A stretch of DNA of 48,000 nucleotides from an uncultured Clostridia bacterium (lineage in GTDB: Bacteria > Bacillota > Clostridia > Oscillospirales > Ruminococcaceae). The stretch is taken from positions 1 through 48,000 of the forward strand of contig CALXAK010000113.1 of NCBI GenBank assembly GCA_944386255.1, written 5' to 3'. Numbering within the stretch: the stretch's first letter is position 1; each line of letters starts with the position of its first letter. The notes under the pieces were generated by a model. It was not told the origin of the DNA. It searched no databases and saw only the letters and a list, made by a program, of their open reading frames with translations. Shown here piece after piece: positions 16,828 to 32,434 of this stretch. Position numbers and translations under genes: made by a program.

Positions 16828-17757
16828 ATGATATATTCGCTAAAGCTCAACGAATTCATCAAAGAGCTGTCCCTTTTCCCCATCTACATGCCGGAGGACG
16901 GGGACGAGCGGGAGATCTTTTCCGCCGAGATAAACCGCGCCGGGCTGCTGCTGAGCGGCTTTACCGAGCACTTTGAGCGCCAGCGGGTGCAGATATGCGG
17001 CAACGTGGAGGTTGCCTACATAAACAGCCTCCGCGCCGAGGAGCGCGCCCGGGCCATCGACCTGCTCTTCAAGTACCGGCCCCCCGCGGTGGTCATCTCC
17101 GGCAGCCACAGCGTAAACTTCGACTTTTCACCCCTCATACCCTTTGCCAAGGAGTATTCGGTGCCGCTGCTTCACTCCACCGACACCACCTCCAACTTCA
17201 TGGCCTCCGCCATCTCCTACCTCTCGGTGGAGCTGGCCCCCAGGATCACCCGCCACGGTGTGCTGGTGGAGGTGTTCGGCGAGGGCATACTCATCCTCGG
17301 CAACAGCGGCATAGGCAAGAGCGAGGCCGCCATAGAGCTGGTAAAGCGCGGCCACAGGTTTGTGGCGGACGATGCGGTGGAGCTGCGCAAGGTGTCCAAC
17401 CGCACCATAGTCGGCATGGCCCCGGAGAACATTAGGAATTTCATAGAGCTGCGGGGCATAGGGGTTGTAAATGTCCGGCGCATCTTCGGCATGGGTGCCA
17501 TAAAGCTCTCGGAGCGCATAGACCTTGTAATAGAGCTGAAGCACTGGGTGAAGGACAAGACCTACGACCGGGTGGGTTTTGAGGACGAGACCATCGACAT
17601 CCTCGGGGTGCGCATCCCCAAGCTCACCATACCCGTGATGCCCGGCCGAAACCTTGCCGTCATATTCGAGACCGCCGCCATGAACAACCGCGAGAAGAAG
17701 ATGGGCTACAATTCCGCCAAGGAACTCATGGAGAAGCTGGGCCTCGAGAGCTATTGA
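16828..17757 (+). CDS. hprK: HPr kinase/phosphorylase
   Basis: 309 aa with P-loop GNSGIGKSEAAIELVKRGHRFVADD and the ELRGIG signature. Confidence 0.93.
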   Translation: MIYSLKLNEFIKELSLFPIYMPEDGDEREIFSAEINRAGLLLSGFTEHFERQRVQICGNVEVAYINSLRAEERARAIDLLFKYRPPAVVISGSHSVNFDFSPLIPFAKEYSVPLLHSTDTTSNFMASAISYLSVELAPRITRHGVLVEVFGEGILILGNSGIGKSEAAIELVKRGHRFVADDAVELRKVSNRTIVGMAPENIRNFIELRGIGVVNVRRIFGMGAIKLSERIDLVIELKHWVKDKTYDRVGFEDETIDILGVRIPKLTIPVMPGRNLAVIFETAAMNNREKKMGYNSAKELMEKLGLESY

Positions 17758-18674
17758 GGGGGATAACTTTGGACAGAAACGCCATAGGAGAGATAGCTTC
17801 TGCAGCCGGCTGCAGGGCGCTGTTTGACGAGCCTCTCTCGGGCTACACCGGCTTTCGCACCGGCGGCCCCGCCGCCTGCATGCTGCTGCCGGAGACTCCC
17901 GGGCAGCTGAAAGCGGCGGTGCGCGGCCTTAAGGGCGCCGGAGAGCAATTCTTCCTCATGGGCAACGGCTCAAACCTGGTGGCGCCGGACGAGGGCTACC
18001 CGGGAGCCGTGGTCTGCACAAGGAACATGCGTCCCGAGCTGTCGGCAGATGGCCGGCGCATCCTGTGCTCCGCCGGGGCAAGGCTCCGGGACCTCTGCGA
18101 GTGCGCGGCCTCGTCCGGGCTCTCGGGGGCGGAGTTCGCCTTCGGAATACCCGGCACGGTGGGGGGCGCGGTGTTCATGAACGCCGGAGCCTATGGGGGA
18201 GAGATAAAGGACATCCTCCTCTCGGTGAGGGCCCTCTGCCCGGACGGCAGCGAGCAGGAGTTCCCTGCGGACTGCTGCGGCCTCGGCTACCGCACAAGCG
18301 CCTTTCAGGCCGGGGGTTATGTGATTCTCGAGGCGGCGTTCGAACTTGCTCCCGACCGCCCCGAGTCCATCCGCCGCCGGATGGAGGACTTCATGTCCCG
18401 CCGCCGGGACAAGCAGCCCCTCAACCTGCCCAGCTGCGGCAGCACCTTCAAGCGGCCGGAGGGAGCCTTTGCCGGCGCGCTAATAGAACAGTGCGGCCTG
18501 CGGGGCTTTTCGGTGGGGGGCGCAGCGGTGAGCGAAAAGCACTGCGGCTTTGTGGTAAACAGGGGCGGCGCCACCACCGCCGACATAATCGAGCTTATAA
18601 ACAGGGTCCGGGAGACGGTGCTTGAAAAAACGGGCTATCTCCTGGAGTGCGAAGTGAGGTTTATGGGGAGGTAG
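17754..18674 (+). CDS. murB: UDP-N-acetylenolpyruvoylglucosamine reductase
   Basis: FAD-binding domain (YTGFRTGGPA, GNGSNL) and a C-terminal domain (SCGSTFKRP, GGAAVSEKHCGFVVN). TTG start overlaps the hprK stop (TTGA). Confidence 0.9.
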   Translation: MRGITLDRNAIGEIASAAGCRALFDEPLSGYTGFRTGGPAACMLLPETPGQLKAAVRGLKGAGEQFFLMGNGSNLVAPDEGYPGAVVCTRNMRPELSADGRRILCSAGARLRDLCECAASSGLSGAEFAFGIPGTVGGAVFMNAGAYGGEIKDILLSVRALCPDGSEQEFPADCCGLGYRTSAFQAGGYVILEAAFELAPDRPESIRRRMEDFMSRRRDKQPLNLPSCGSTFKRPEGAFAGALIEQCGLRGFSVGGAAVSEKHCGFVVNRGGATTADIIELINRVRETVLEKTGYLLECEVRFMGR

Positions 18675-18677
18675 CCT

Positions 18678-19535
18678 ATGGAGATTCTCATAATCACCGG
18701 CCTTTCCGGCGCCGGAAAGACCCAGGTCACCCATACCCTCGAGGACATAGGCTATTTCTGCATTGACAACATCCCCGCAAAGCTCATCCCCCAGTTCGCC
18801 GACCTTGTGTCCCAGGTGGGCAGGTTTGACAGGGTTGCCGCCGTCACCGACCTCAGGACGGGCGAGCTTTTCGGGGGCATCTTCGACTGCCTCTCCGAGC
18901 TGCGCAGGCTGGGCATAGACTACAAAATCCTCTACATCTACGCCGACGCCGAGGTCATAGAGCGCCGCTACAGCGAGTCCCGCCGCAAGCACCCCCTTGC
19001 CGGAGGGGACCTCACCACCGCCGAGGCCATCCGGGACGAAAAGGAGCTCATGCGCCCGGTGGCGGCCCTCGCGGACTACAACATAGACACATCCATCCTC
19101 TCCAGCTCCCAGCTGCGGGACCGGGTGCTCTCCATCTTTTCCGACGGCGGCGACACCCGCATGTCCATAAGCTGCGTCTCCTTCGGCTTTAAGCACGGCA
19201 TCCCCTCCGACTCGGACCTTGTGCTGGACGTGAGGTGCCTGCCCAACCCCTTCTACCTGCCGGAGCTAAAGGACCTCAACGGACTGGACGAGCCGGTGGC
19301 AGACTATGTGCTGAAGAGCGAGGCCACCCGGGGCTTTCTCAGCCGCACAAGGGAGCTGCTGGGCTATCTGCTGCCGCTCTACATAAAAGAGGGCAAGAGC
19401 CAGCTGGTCATCTCCATCGGCTGCACCGGTGGCCACCACCGCTCGGTGGCGGTGTGTGAGGAGATAAACCACTTTATCTGCGGCCTCGGCTACCACTCCA
19501 AGGCCATCCACCGGGATATCAACAAGCTGTTTTAG
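18678..19535 (+). CDS. rapZ: RNase adapter / nucleotide-binding protein RapZ (YvcJ)
   Basis: MEILIITGLSGAGKTQVTHTLEDIGYFCIDNIP, with a C-terminal IGCTGGHHRSV motif. 285 aa. Confidence 0.92.
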   Translation: MEILIITGLSGAGKTQVTHTLEDIGYFCIDNIPAKLIPQFADLVSQVGRFDRVAAVTDLRTGELFGGIFDCLSELRRLGIDYKILYIYADAEVIERRYSESRRKHPLAGGDLTTAEAIRDEKELMRPVAALADYNIDTSILSSSQLRDRVLSIFSDGGDTRMSISCVSFGFKHGIPSDSDLVLDVRCLPNPFYLPELKDLNGLDEPVADYVLKSEATRGFLSRTRELLGYLLPLYIKEGKSQLVISIGCTGGHHRSVAVCEEINHFICGLGYHSKAIHRDINKLF

Positions 19536-19543
19536 GTGTACAA

Positions 19544-20444
19544 ATGTCTTTCAGCTCGGAATGCAAAATGGATATCATCGCCGCCCGGCGCAAGGACTGC
19601 TGTGAGCTCTCCTTTCTCTACGGTGTGCTGATGTTTTCCCCCGCCTTCTCCCAGGAGGAGGTGGTGATCTCCGCGCCCAGCGAGGAGATGCTGGATGGCA
19701 TACTTTCCGTCTACTCCTCCCTCGGCTACGACCGGGGGGCGGGGGAGATGCGCTCCAACCAGCGCTCCTGCTCCTTTCGCCTCACCCACCGGGACAGCAT
19801 CGACCGGCTCTTCTTCGATTTCGGCCACACCGGCGAAGAGCAGAGCCTGCGGGTGCAGGACTCGGCCTTCCTCTGCGGCGGCTGCCCGGGGGCCTTTATC
19901 TCCGGGGCGTTTGTGGCCGCGGGCAGTGTGTGCGACCCGAGGAGCGGCTACCACATGGAGTTCTCCACCCACCGCCAGGGGCTCTTCTCCGACCTCTGCC
20001 GGCTGCTGGAGAGCCAGGGCTTTGTACCCGGCAGGCTTGAGAGGGGCTACTCCAAGGTTGCCTATTTCAAGGAGAGCGGCCGCATAGAGGACCTGCTCAC
20101 CTTTATGGGCGCCTCCGACGGCGCCATGAAGCTCATGGACCTCAAGATTTACAAGGAGATCGTCAACAACGTCAACCGCCGCCTGAACTGCGAGAGCGCC
20201 AACATAGTAAAGACGGTGGCGGCAGCCCAGTCGGACGCCGAGGACATCAACCTCATTCTCTCGGTGCGCGGCCCGGAGTCCCTGGGGGAGGAGCTGGGGG
20301 AGATCGCCCGGCTTCGGCTGCAGAACCCGGAGCTGTCCCTCTCGGAGCTGGGTGAGCTCTGCGAGACAAGGCTTTCAAAGTCCGGGGTTAGCCACCGGCT
20401 CGCGAGGATACGGGCGATGGCCCGCATGTTACGGGAGGAACAGC

Positions 20445-20458
<14 letters not shown>
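19544..20458 (+). CDS. whiA: DNA-binding sporulation/cell-division regulator WhiA
   Basis: 304 aa with a degenerate LAGLIDADG-like core and a C-terminal HTH (LSELGELCETRLSKSGVSHRLARIR). Located after rapZ, as is conserved in Gram-positives. Confidence 0.88.
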
Positions 20459-23948
<3,490 letters not shown>

Positions 23949-23968
23949 CCTTAAATGGAGGTATTACC

Positions 23969-24943
23969 ATGGCTTACGATATTAAAACAATAGGGGTTCT
24001 AACCAGCGGGGGAGACGCCCCCGGCATGAACGCGGCCATCCGTTCGGTGGTTCGCTCCGCCATCTACAAGGGCCTTCGGGTGGTGGGCATCCGCCGCGGC
24101 TACGCGGGCCTTCTCAACGGGGACATGAGCGAGATGAACCTGCGCTCGGTGTCCGAGATTATCCACCGCGGCGGCACCGTACTCTATACCGCGAGGTCGG
24201 ACGAGTTCAACACCAAGGCCGGGGTGGAGAAGGCCGCCGAGGTCTGCCGTGACAGGGGCATCGACGCCCTCGTCACCATCGGCGGCGACGGCACCTTCCG
24301 GGGAGCCCGGGACCTCTGCCGCGCCGGCATACCCTGCATCGGCATCCCCGGCACCATCGACAACGACGTCGCCTGCAGCGAGTACACCATAGGCTACGAC
24401 ACCGCAATGAACACCGCCATGGAGTCCATCGACCGCCTTCGCGACACCGCCCAGTCCCACGAGAGGTGCAGCGTGGTGGAGGTGATGGGCCGCAACGCCG
24501 GCTACCTCGCTCTCAACACCGGCATCGCCTGCGGTGCCCTCTCCATCCTCATCCCCGAGATCCCCTACGACATCGACCGGGACATAATCGACCGCATGCT
24601 CTTCACCCAGCGCACCGGCAAAAAGCACTTCATAATCATCGTCGCAGAGGGAGCCGCCAGCGCCACCGATATAGCAAAGCAGATTGAGGAGAAGACCGGC
24701 ATCGACTCCCGGGCCACCATCCTCGGCCATGTGCAGCGCGGCGGCCGGCCCACCACCGAGGACCGGATTATGGCGAGCTTCATGGGCTACAAGGCGGTGG
24801 AGCTGCTGGGCAACGGCATTGGCAACCGCATAATCGCCAAAAAGCACGGCCAGGTCATGGACTTTGACATTGAGGAAGCCCTCTCCATGCACAAGACCAT
24901 CGACAAGAGCTACTTCGCCATGTCCTCTGCCATCTCCCTGTAA
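23969..24943 (+). CDS. pfkA: ATP-dependent 6-phosphofructokinase
   Basis: ATG 23969 (MAYDIKTIGVLTSGGDAPGMNAAIR) with RBS GGAGG. Motifs: IGGDGT, GIPGTIDND, MGR. 324 aa. Confidence 0.95.
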   Translation: MAYDIKTIGVLTSGGDAPGMNAAIRSVVRSAIYKGLRVVGIRRGYAGLLNGDMSEMNLRSVSEIIHRGGTVLYTARSDEFNTKAGVEKAAEVCRDRGIDALVTIGGDGTFRGARDLCRAGIPCIGIPGTIDNDVACSEYTIGYDTAMNTAMESIDRLRDTAQSHERCSVVEVMGRNAGYLALNTGIACGALSILIPEIPYDIDRDIIDRMLFTQRTGKKHFIIIVAEGAASATDIAKQIEEKTGIDSRATILGHVQRGGRPTTEDRIMASFMGYKAVELLGNGIGNRIIAKKHGQVMDFDIEEALSMHKTIDKSYFAMSSAISL

Positions 24944-24950
24944 CATACAG

Positions 24951-24985
24951 GAACCCTCCCGAATATCCATGTTTTGGGAGGGTTC
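24951..24985 (+). promoter_or_regulatory. Hairpin whose 3' arm is the yunB Shine-Dalgarno sequence
   Basis: GAACCCTCCC (24951-24960) pairs perfectly with GGGAGGGTTC (24976-24985) across a 15-nt loop. ATG 24988 follows 2 nt later, and there is no U-tract. Confidence 0.6.
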
Positions 24986-24987
24986 TT

Positions 24988-27629
<2,642 letters not shown>

Positions 27630-27654
27630 CAATTGATTCTTTCCTGCCTTGCGT

Positions 27655-27690
27655 CCCCTTCGCCCTCGGCGGCGATGGGGGCGCTTTTTT
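27655..27690 (+). terminator. Terminator-like hairpin after ligA
   Basis: CCCCTTCGCC (27655-27664) pairs with GGCGATGGGG (27671-27680) with one T-T mismatch. It is followed by GCGCTTTTTTGCGCTTTTT. Confidence 0.5.
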
Positions 27691-27780
27691 GCGCTTTTTG
27701 GGCGGTTTTGCCGCAGGCGGAAATCCCGGTTATTTCGCGCCTGGGGCCAAAATAAGTATGAACAAAAAGGGGGCCTGCGC

Positions 27781-28653
27781 TTGAAGGAGTATCTGTCGGC
27801 GGTAAAGCTGCTGCCGGACTGGCTTCGGGACCCGCTGCTTGCAGTGGGGCAGCAGGCGGCGGATTCCGCCTGCGAAATAAGGGTGCGGGCCGGCTGCGGC
27901 GTTTCGGTGGAGGGAAGCGGCGCCTCTCTCTGGCTGGAGAGCGGCGGGGAGCGGCTTGTCCCCGGCGCGGAGCAGCTGCAGCAGCTGGTGCTGCACCTCT
28001 GCGGCTACTCCCCCTACCTAAGGGAGCAGGAGCTGGCGCAGGGGTTCATCTCCCTGCCCGGCGGCCACAGGGCCGCGGTCTGCGGAAGGCTGAGCCCCGG
28101 GGTGCGGGGCGGGGTGTCGTCGGTGAGTTCGGTCTGCATAAGGGTCTCACGGCCGGTGCCGGGCTGCGCGGCAGGCATATACGGCTGCCTCGAGAGCGGT
28201 GTGCGCTCGGTGCTGGTCTGCGGCGAGCCGGGCTGCGGCAAAACCACCATGCTTCGGGACATAGCGGCCTTCATGTCCGGCCCCGCCCTTGGGCTCAACC
28301 TGGCCCTGCTGGACGAAAAGGGGGAGATATCCCCGCCGCTCTCGGAGCTGGCTGGGCCCTTAAGGGTGGACTCTCTGGTGGGGTACCCAAAAGCCGACGC
28401 GGCCGCCATCGCCCTTCGGAACCTCTCCCCGGACGTGATCCTCTGCGATGAGATAGCCACCAGGGAGGACGCAGCGGCGGTGGAGTACTCCTTCCGCTCC
28501 GGCATACCAGTGGTGGCCTCGGCCCACAGCGCCAGGGGTACCCCGCCGGAGGGGGCCGCGGCGGCGGTGCTGCAGCTTTTCCAGCTGGTGATCTTTCTGG
28601 ACTCCCGGCGGCGCCCCGGCCGCATACTCTGCATGGAGGCGGGGAAGGGATGA
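27781..28653 (+). CDS. spoIIIAA: Stage III sporulation protein AA (ATPase)
   Basis: TTG 27781 has AAGGGGG 7 nt upstream. LKEYLSAVKLLPDWLRD resembles the SpoIIIAA N-terminus. Walker A GEPGCGKTT, Walker B ILCDEI. The track start 27649 runs through the ligA terminator. Confidence 0.85.
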   Translation: MKEYLSAVKLLPDWLRDPLLAVGQQAADSACEIRVRAGCGVSVEGSGASLWLESGGERLVPGAEQLQQLVLHLCGYSPYLREQELAQGFISLPGGHRAAVCGRLSPGVRGGVSSVSSVCIRVSRPVPGCAAGIYGCLESGVRSVLVCGEPGCGKTTMLRDIAAFMSGPALGLNLALLDEKGEISPPLSELAGPLRVDSLVGYPKADAAAIALRNLSPDVILCDEIATREDAAAVEYSFRSGIPVVASAHSARGTPPEGAAAAVLQLFQLVIFLDSRRRPGRILCMEAGKG

Positions 28654-29153
28654 AATATATTGGAGCGGTAATTCTGGTCCTCTGCTGCTACATGCTGGGC
28701 GCAGAGAGGGCGAGACCGGTGCGCCAGAGCGCCGTCTTTGCCTCTTTGCTCTCAAAGGCGCTCGCCGAAATGGCGTCGCTGGTGGAGCTGCGGGGCGCGA
28801 GCGTGCTGCAGGCATCGGCGGAACTCGCCTCCCGGCGTCAGTACCGGCAGCTCGCATTTTTCTCCGCCGCCTGCGGGCGGGCCCGCTCCGGCGACGATCT
28901 TGCGCGGGCGCTGGCCGAGGAGAGCGTCCCGCTTCTTGAAAAGCAGCTGCCGGGCTGCAGGCCGATGGTAACTGCGGCGTTCCTGGGCCTCGGCAGAACC
29001 TCCGCAAAGGAGGAGGCCGCCGCGCTGAAGGATCTGTCAAGCCGGCTGTTCTCGGCGGCGCAGGAGCTGGAGAGCGAGGCAGAGCGCCGCGCAAAGCTTA
29101 TGAAGTCGGTATATTCTCTCGCCGGCGCTGCGCTGGCGGTGATGATAATGTGA
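28650..29153 (+). CDS. spoIIIAB: Stage III sporulation protein AB
   Basis: 167 aa with an N-terminal TM (IGAVILVLCCYMLGA) and a C-terminal TM, which is the SpoIIIAB architecture. ATGA overlap with spoIIIAA. Called by position in the operon. Confidence 0.8.
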   Translation: MKYIGAVILVLCCYMLGAERARPVRQSAVFASLLSKALAEMASLVELRGASVLQASAELASRRQYRQLAFFSAACGRARSGDDLARALAEESVPLLEKQLPGCRPMVTAAFLGLGRTSAKEEAAALKDLSSRLFSAAQELESEAERRAKLMKSVYSLAGAALAVMIM

Positions 29154-29161
29154 GGGATAGC

Positions 29162-29356
29162 ATGGAAGTTGATTTCATCTTCAAAATAGCCGCCGTGGGC
29201 ATACTGGTGGCGGTGCTGAACCAGGTGCTCATTAGGGCCGGCAGCGAGGAACAGGCTATGATGACCACCCCGGCCGGCCCGGTGGTGGTTATGCTCATGG
29301 TGCTGGAAAAGATAAGCGAGCTCTTTACAAGAGTAATAGAGCTGTTCGGGCTTTGA
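29162..29356 (+). CDS. spoIIIAC: Stage III sporulation protein AC
   Basis: MEVDFIFKIAAVGILVAVLNQVLIRAGSEEQAMMTT.AG.VVVMLMVL..I..LF matches the SpoIIIAC pattern. 64 aa, with GAGGGA upstream. Confidence 0.85.
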   Translation: MEVDFIFKIAAVGILVAVLNQVLIRAGSEEQAMMTTPAGPVVVMLMVLEKISELFTRVIELFGL

Positions 29357-29736
29357 GCGGCGGGCAGTTCCTCGCCCTGGCCGCCCTGGCGGTGGGCATG
29401 TGCGTGGTGTTTTCCTATCTTAGGAGCGTAAATACCGCCATGGCGGTGGCGGCGCTGGCGGGGGCCTCGGCGGTGATGGCCATCTTCCTTGTGGACCTCA
29501 CCTCATCTCTCGTCGCCCAGGCCGAGGGCTATCTCACCGGCCTTGGCCTTGCGGGGATGCAGGCGCTGGTAAAGGCGGCCTACCTCTCTCTGGTGGCGGA
29601 GATGGCCTGTTCGCTCTGCCGGGACAGCGGCTTTTCCTCCCTCGCCGTCAAGACCGAGTTTGCCGCCAAGGTGGCCATGCTCTCCCTGGCGGCGCCGCTC
29701 ATAAAGCAACTTCTGGAGATGTTGAAAGAGCTATGA
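29353..29736 (+). CDS. spoIIIAD: Stage III sporulation protein AD
   Basis: 127 aa, TTG start overlapping the spoIIIAC stop. Conserved central SLVAEMACSLCRDSGFSSLAVKTEFAAKV (compare IAEFGAQICRDAGE..IA.KIELAGKV). Confidence 0.85.
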   Translation: MSGGQFLALAALAVGMCVVFSYLRSVNTAMAVAALAGASAVMAIFLVDLTSSLVAQAEGYLTGLGLAGMQALVKAAYLSLVAEMACSLCRDSGFSSLAVKTEFAAKVAMLSLAAPLIKQLLEMLKEL

Positions 29737-30836
29737 ATGTAAAGCGAAGGATATTTACAGTCCTCTTCCTGCTGCTGGCGGCGCTGCAGCCACGGGCCGC
29801 CCAGGCTTTGGAGTCCGGCGGCTGGTCCGAGGCGGCGCTGAGCGGGGAACTGCCGGAGTCGGTGGAGCGGTACCTCGAGGAGGACGGGGAGCAGGTTCCG
29901 GACCTGATGGGGCAGGTGACGGACACTCTTTCCCAGCTGAAGCAGCAGCTGATAGAGAGCGTAAAAGCTCCCGTGCGGCTGCTCATAGGGGTGCTGGCGG
30001 TGGCGCTGGTCGCGACGGTGGCGGAGCAGCTGGTGTTTCCATCCACCTCCGGCGCCTACCGTTACATGCTGGGGATATTCACCTCGGTTAGCATACTGGG
30101 GGTTGCCCTTGCGACGGTGGGCAGCTATCTCAGCCAGGCGGAGAGGGCGATGCAGAGCGCCGGGGATTTCTTTTCCGGCTACCTGCCCACCCTTGCCGGG
30201 GTGATGGTCTCCCAGGGCAGGCCCACCGCCGCCGCCTCCCTCACCGCCTTCTCCGCCGCCGCGGTGACTGGGCTCTTCGCTCTCTCGTCCTCGGTGATGC
30301 CTGCCCTCAACGCCGCCATGCTCTGTCTTGCGGCGGCGAGCGCCGTGGCCCAGCAGTTTACCGCAAAGGCCCTCTCGGCGGTAAAAAAGACGCTACAGTG
30401 GCTGGTGGGCACCGCGGCGGCGGTGGCCATAACGGTGCTGAGGATGCAGCTGGGCATAGCCGCAGCTGCCGACTCTGCCGCCCTCAAGACCGGCAGGTTC
30501 CTGGTGGGGGAGGCGGTGCCGATCGTGGGCAGCACCGTCTCCGGAGCGGTGGGCACGGTGGTGTCGGCCGCGGGCCTCACCGGCGGATGGGTGGGCACGG
30601 CGGGGGTCTGCGCTCTGCTGGCGCTGTTTCTGCCGCCCATAGTCTTTGGAATCGCACTCAGCGCCTGCCTTAAAATCGCCTCCTTCGCCGCCGACGCCCT
30701 GGGCGGCGGAAGCCCCGGCGTGCTCTGCGGCGCCATAAGGGCGGCGGTGGATGTGAACACGGCCTTTCTTGTGGCGTTTTTCGTGGTGATAGTGCTGAGC
30801 CTCTGCCAGGCGGTTTCGATGGGGGGAGCTGTATGA
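29733..30836 (+). CDS. spoIIIAE: Stage III sporulation protein AE
   Basis: 367 aa with a signal peptide followed by a polytopic Gly/Ala-rich membrane domain. ATGA overlap. Called by position in the operon. Confidence 0.85.
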   Translation: MNVKRRIFTVLFLLLAALQPRAAQALESGGWSEAALSGELPESVERYLEEDGEQVPDLMGQVTDTLSQLKQQLIESVKAPVRLLIGVLAVALVATVAEQLVFPSTSGAYRYMLGIFTSVSILGVALATVGSYLSQAERAMQSAGDFFSGYLPTLAGVMVSQGRPTAAASLTAFSAAAVTGLFALSSSVMPALNAAMLCLAAASAVAQQFTAKALSAVKKTLQWLVGTAAAVAITVLRMQLGIAAAADSAALKTGRFLVGEAVPIVGSTVSGAVGTVVSAAGLTGGWVGTAGVCALLALFLPPIVFGIALSACLKIASFAADALGGGSPGVLCGAIRAAVDVNTAFLVAFFVVIVLSLCQAVSMGGAV

Positions 30837-31288
30837 AAGAGGCGGCATTTTCCGTGGCGGCCGCCGCCATACTCTGCTCGGCGGTGGCGTCGGTCATGTC
30901 CGGCACAAGGTTCAGGGAGATTGCAAAGCTGCTCACGGGCCTCGCCATGACCGGGGCGCTGCTGGGCGCGCTGCTACCCGCCATAAAGGCCCTCTCGAGG
31001 TTGAGCATCGAGGAGGAGCTCGAGCGCATGGGCCAGCAGGTGCAGAGCTCGTCGGTGCAGGTGGGCAGCAGCCTTGTCTGCTGGGCGCTGCAGCCGGTGC
31101 TGGAGCAGTTTGAAGGCCAGATTTATGAGCTGCTGCCGGTGGTTAATACCGACAGCTCCGGCGGCATATATTTAAGCGAAGTGAGGCTTAGGCTCTTCCC
31201 GGGAGCGGACCAGGAAGCGATACTCCAAAGCCTCCGGGAAGAGCTGGGGAGAGATGTTGAGGTGGTGTGGGAATATGCAGCTGGGTGA
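30833..31288 (+). CDS. spoIIIAF: Stage III sporulation protein AF
   Basis: 151 aa with two N-terminal TMs and a soluble domain. ATGA overlap with spoIIIAE. Called by position. Confidence 0.75.
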   Translation: MKEAAFSVAAAAILCSAVASVMSGTRFREIAKLLTGLAMTGALLGALLPAIKALSRLSIEEELERMGQQVQSSSVQVGSSLVCWALQPVLEQFEGQIYELLPVVNTDSSGGIYLSEVRLRLFPGADQEAILQSLREELGRDVEVVWEYAAG

Positions 31289-31796
31289 ACTGCATAAAAA
31301 ACTGACGGAAAGACCGAAACTAAAGCTTGCCCTTGCGCTCGCCGGGGCGCTGCTGGGTCTGCTGCTGCTGATCCTGCCGACGGCCGGCTCCCCCAAGAAG
31401 GCGAAGGAGCAGTCCGGCGACAGCCAGCAGGATTATGCATCCCAGCTGGCGGCGGAGCTGGAGGAGCTCATAAGCCTCATCGACGGCGCCGGGGACACCA
31501 AGGTGATGCTCACCCTGGAGTCGGGGGTGGAGAATGTGTTCGCCGAGGAGTCTAAGAGCAGCGGCGGCGACGATTTTTCCGGCGGCCGCGCTTCAAGTGA
31601 AACCAGCGTCACAGTTATCGAAACCGAGGATGGCGACAGCGCCATCGTCAGAAAACAGTTGGAACCCGTTATAAAAGGAGTTGCTATAGTATGCGAGGGT
31701 GGAAACACGGTAAGGGTAAGGGAAAGCATAGTCTCGGCGGTGTCAACAGTTCTGGGAATATCATCAAGCCGGGTGAGCGTGACGGGGATGCGCTGA
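31275..31796 (+). CDS. spoIIIAG: Stage III sporulation protein AG
   Basis: ATG 31275 (MQLGELHKKLTERPKLKLALALAGALLGLLLLI) with GAGGTGG upstream. The C-terminal ring-forming domain ...PVIKGVAIVCEGG...V...I..AVSTVLGISSSRVSV is typical of SpoIIIAG. Confidence 0.85.
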   Translation: MQLGELHKKLTERPKLKLALALAGALLGLLLLILPTAGSPKKAKEQSGDSQQDYASQLAAELEELISLIDGAGDTKVMLTLESGVENVFAEESKSSGGDDFSGGRASSETSVTVIETEDGDSAIVRKQLEPVIKGVAIVCEGGNTVRVRESIVSAVSTVLGISSSRVSVTGMR

Positions 31797-32359
31797 TGGT
31801 CCCCAAAACCCGCAAAAAGACCTCCAGGGCGCTCTACCGCAAGCAGCTCACCATGCTCACCCTCATGGTGGCGCTGGCGTTCGCCCTCTACCTCAACTGG
31901 AACTATTCCGGCGCCGGCCAGAGCTTTGACACCACCGGTCTTCTGAGCGAGACCTCCGCCGACGCGGAGTACCAGAAGAACTACGGCGACGCAAAGTACG
32001 TCTCCGCCGACCCCGACTACTTCAGCGAGGTCCGCCTCAGCCGCAGCCAGTCCCGGGACCAGTCGCTGGAGGACCTGCAGGATGTGCTCGCCAGCAGCAC
32101 CCTCAGCGACGAGGAGAAGGCCGAGGCCTCGGAGAAGCTTGCCGCCATAACTGCCTATGGAGTGCAGGAGAGCGCCATTGAAGGGCTTGTAAAGGCAAAG
32201 GGCTTTTCAGACTGCGTGGCCTTCATCTCGGAGAGCGGGGTGAAGGTGGTGGTCCCCAGCCCCGGCCTTACCGACGCCGAGGCCGCCCAGATCCTCGAAA
32301 TTGTGGTGAGCGAGACCGGCCTGCCCGCCAGCGCCGTCAGCATCCTGGAGGTAAACTGA
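31796..32359 (+). CDS. spoIIIAH: Stage III sporulation protein AH
   Basis: ATG 31796 overlaps the spoIIIAG stop (TGATG). N-terminal TM (LTMLTLMVALAFALYL) and a C-terminal YscJ/FliF-like domain (...AIEGLVKAKGFSDCVAFISESGVKVVV). 187 aa. Confidence 0.82.
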   Translation: MVPKTRKKTSRALYRKQLTMLTLMVALAFALYLNWNYSGAGQSFDTTGLLSETSADAEYQKNYGDAKYVSADPDYFSEVRLSRSQSRDQSLEDLQDVLASSTLSDEEKAEASEKLAAITAYGVQESAIEGLVKAKGFSDCVAFISESGVKVVVPSPGLTDAEAAQILEIVVSETGLPASAVSILEVN

Positions 32360-32383
32360 GCGGATGTTAAATCGGTCGTGCCA

Positions 32384-32392
32384 TGGTATAAT
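32384..32392 (+). promoter_or_regulatory. Extended -10 promoter element upstream of asp23-nusB
   Basis: TGGTATAAT (TGnTATAAT) at 32384-32392, 42 nt upstream of ATG 32435. There is no good -35 element. Confidence 0.45.
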
Positions 32393-32434
32393 ACTTCCGA
32401 ATAGACCTAAGTTATAAAATCTGGGGGTAACACC

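Noticed and set aside
20352-20444. 5'-extended versions of track ORFs: dnaE 20352, spoIIIAA 27649, spoIIIAH 31691, nusB 32640, gerAB-like 15189, gerAC-like 15617, pfkA 23945, queA 43235 and secF-like 4618.
   Set aside because: The extensions overlap the preceding gene or a terminator and translate to non-homologous, low-complexity sequence. Internal starts with good RBS spacing reproduce the canonical N-termini of the families.
27729-27758. Candidate sigma-E promoter for spoIIIA (GTTATTT ... AATAAGTA).
   Set aside because: It matches only about 3 of 8 positions of the CATACA-T -10 consensus and the -35 is poor. I cannot support a call by eye.
27758-27784. An 8-codon mini-ORF (MNKKGACA) whose stop overlaps the TTG start of spoIIIAA, considered as a possible leader peptide.
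   Set aside because: It has no Shine-Dalgarno sequence upstream of its ATG. The purine-rich stretch inside it (AAGGGGG) is better explained as the RBS for spoIIIAA. It is most likely coincidental.
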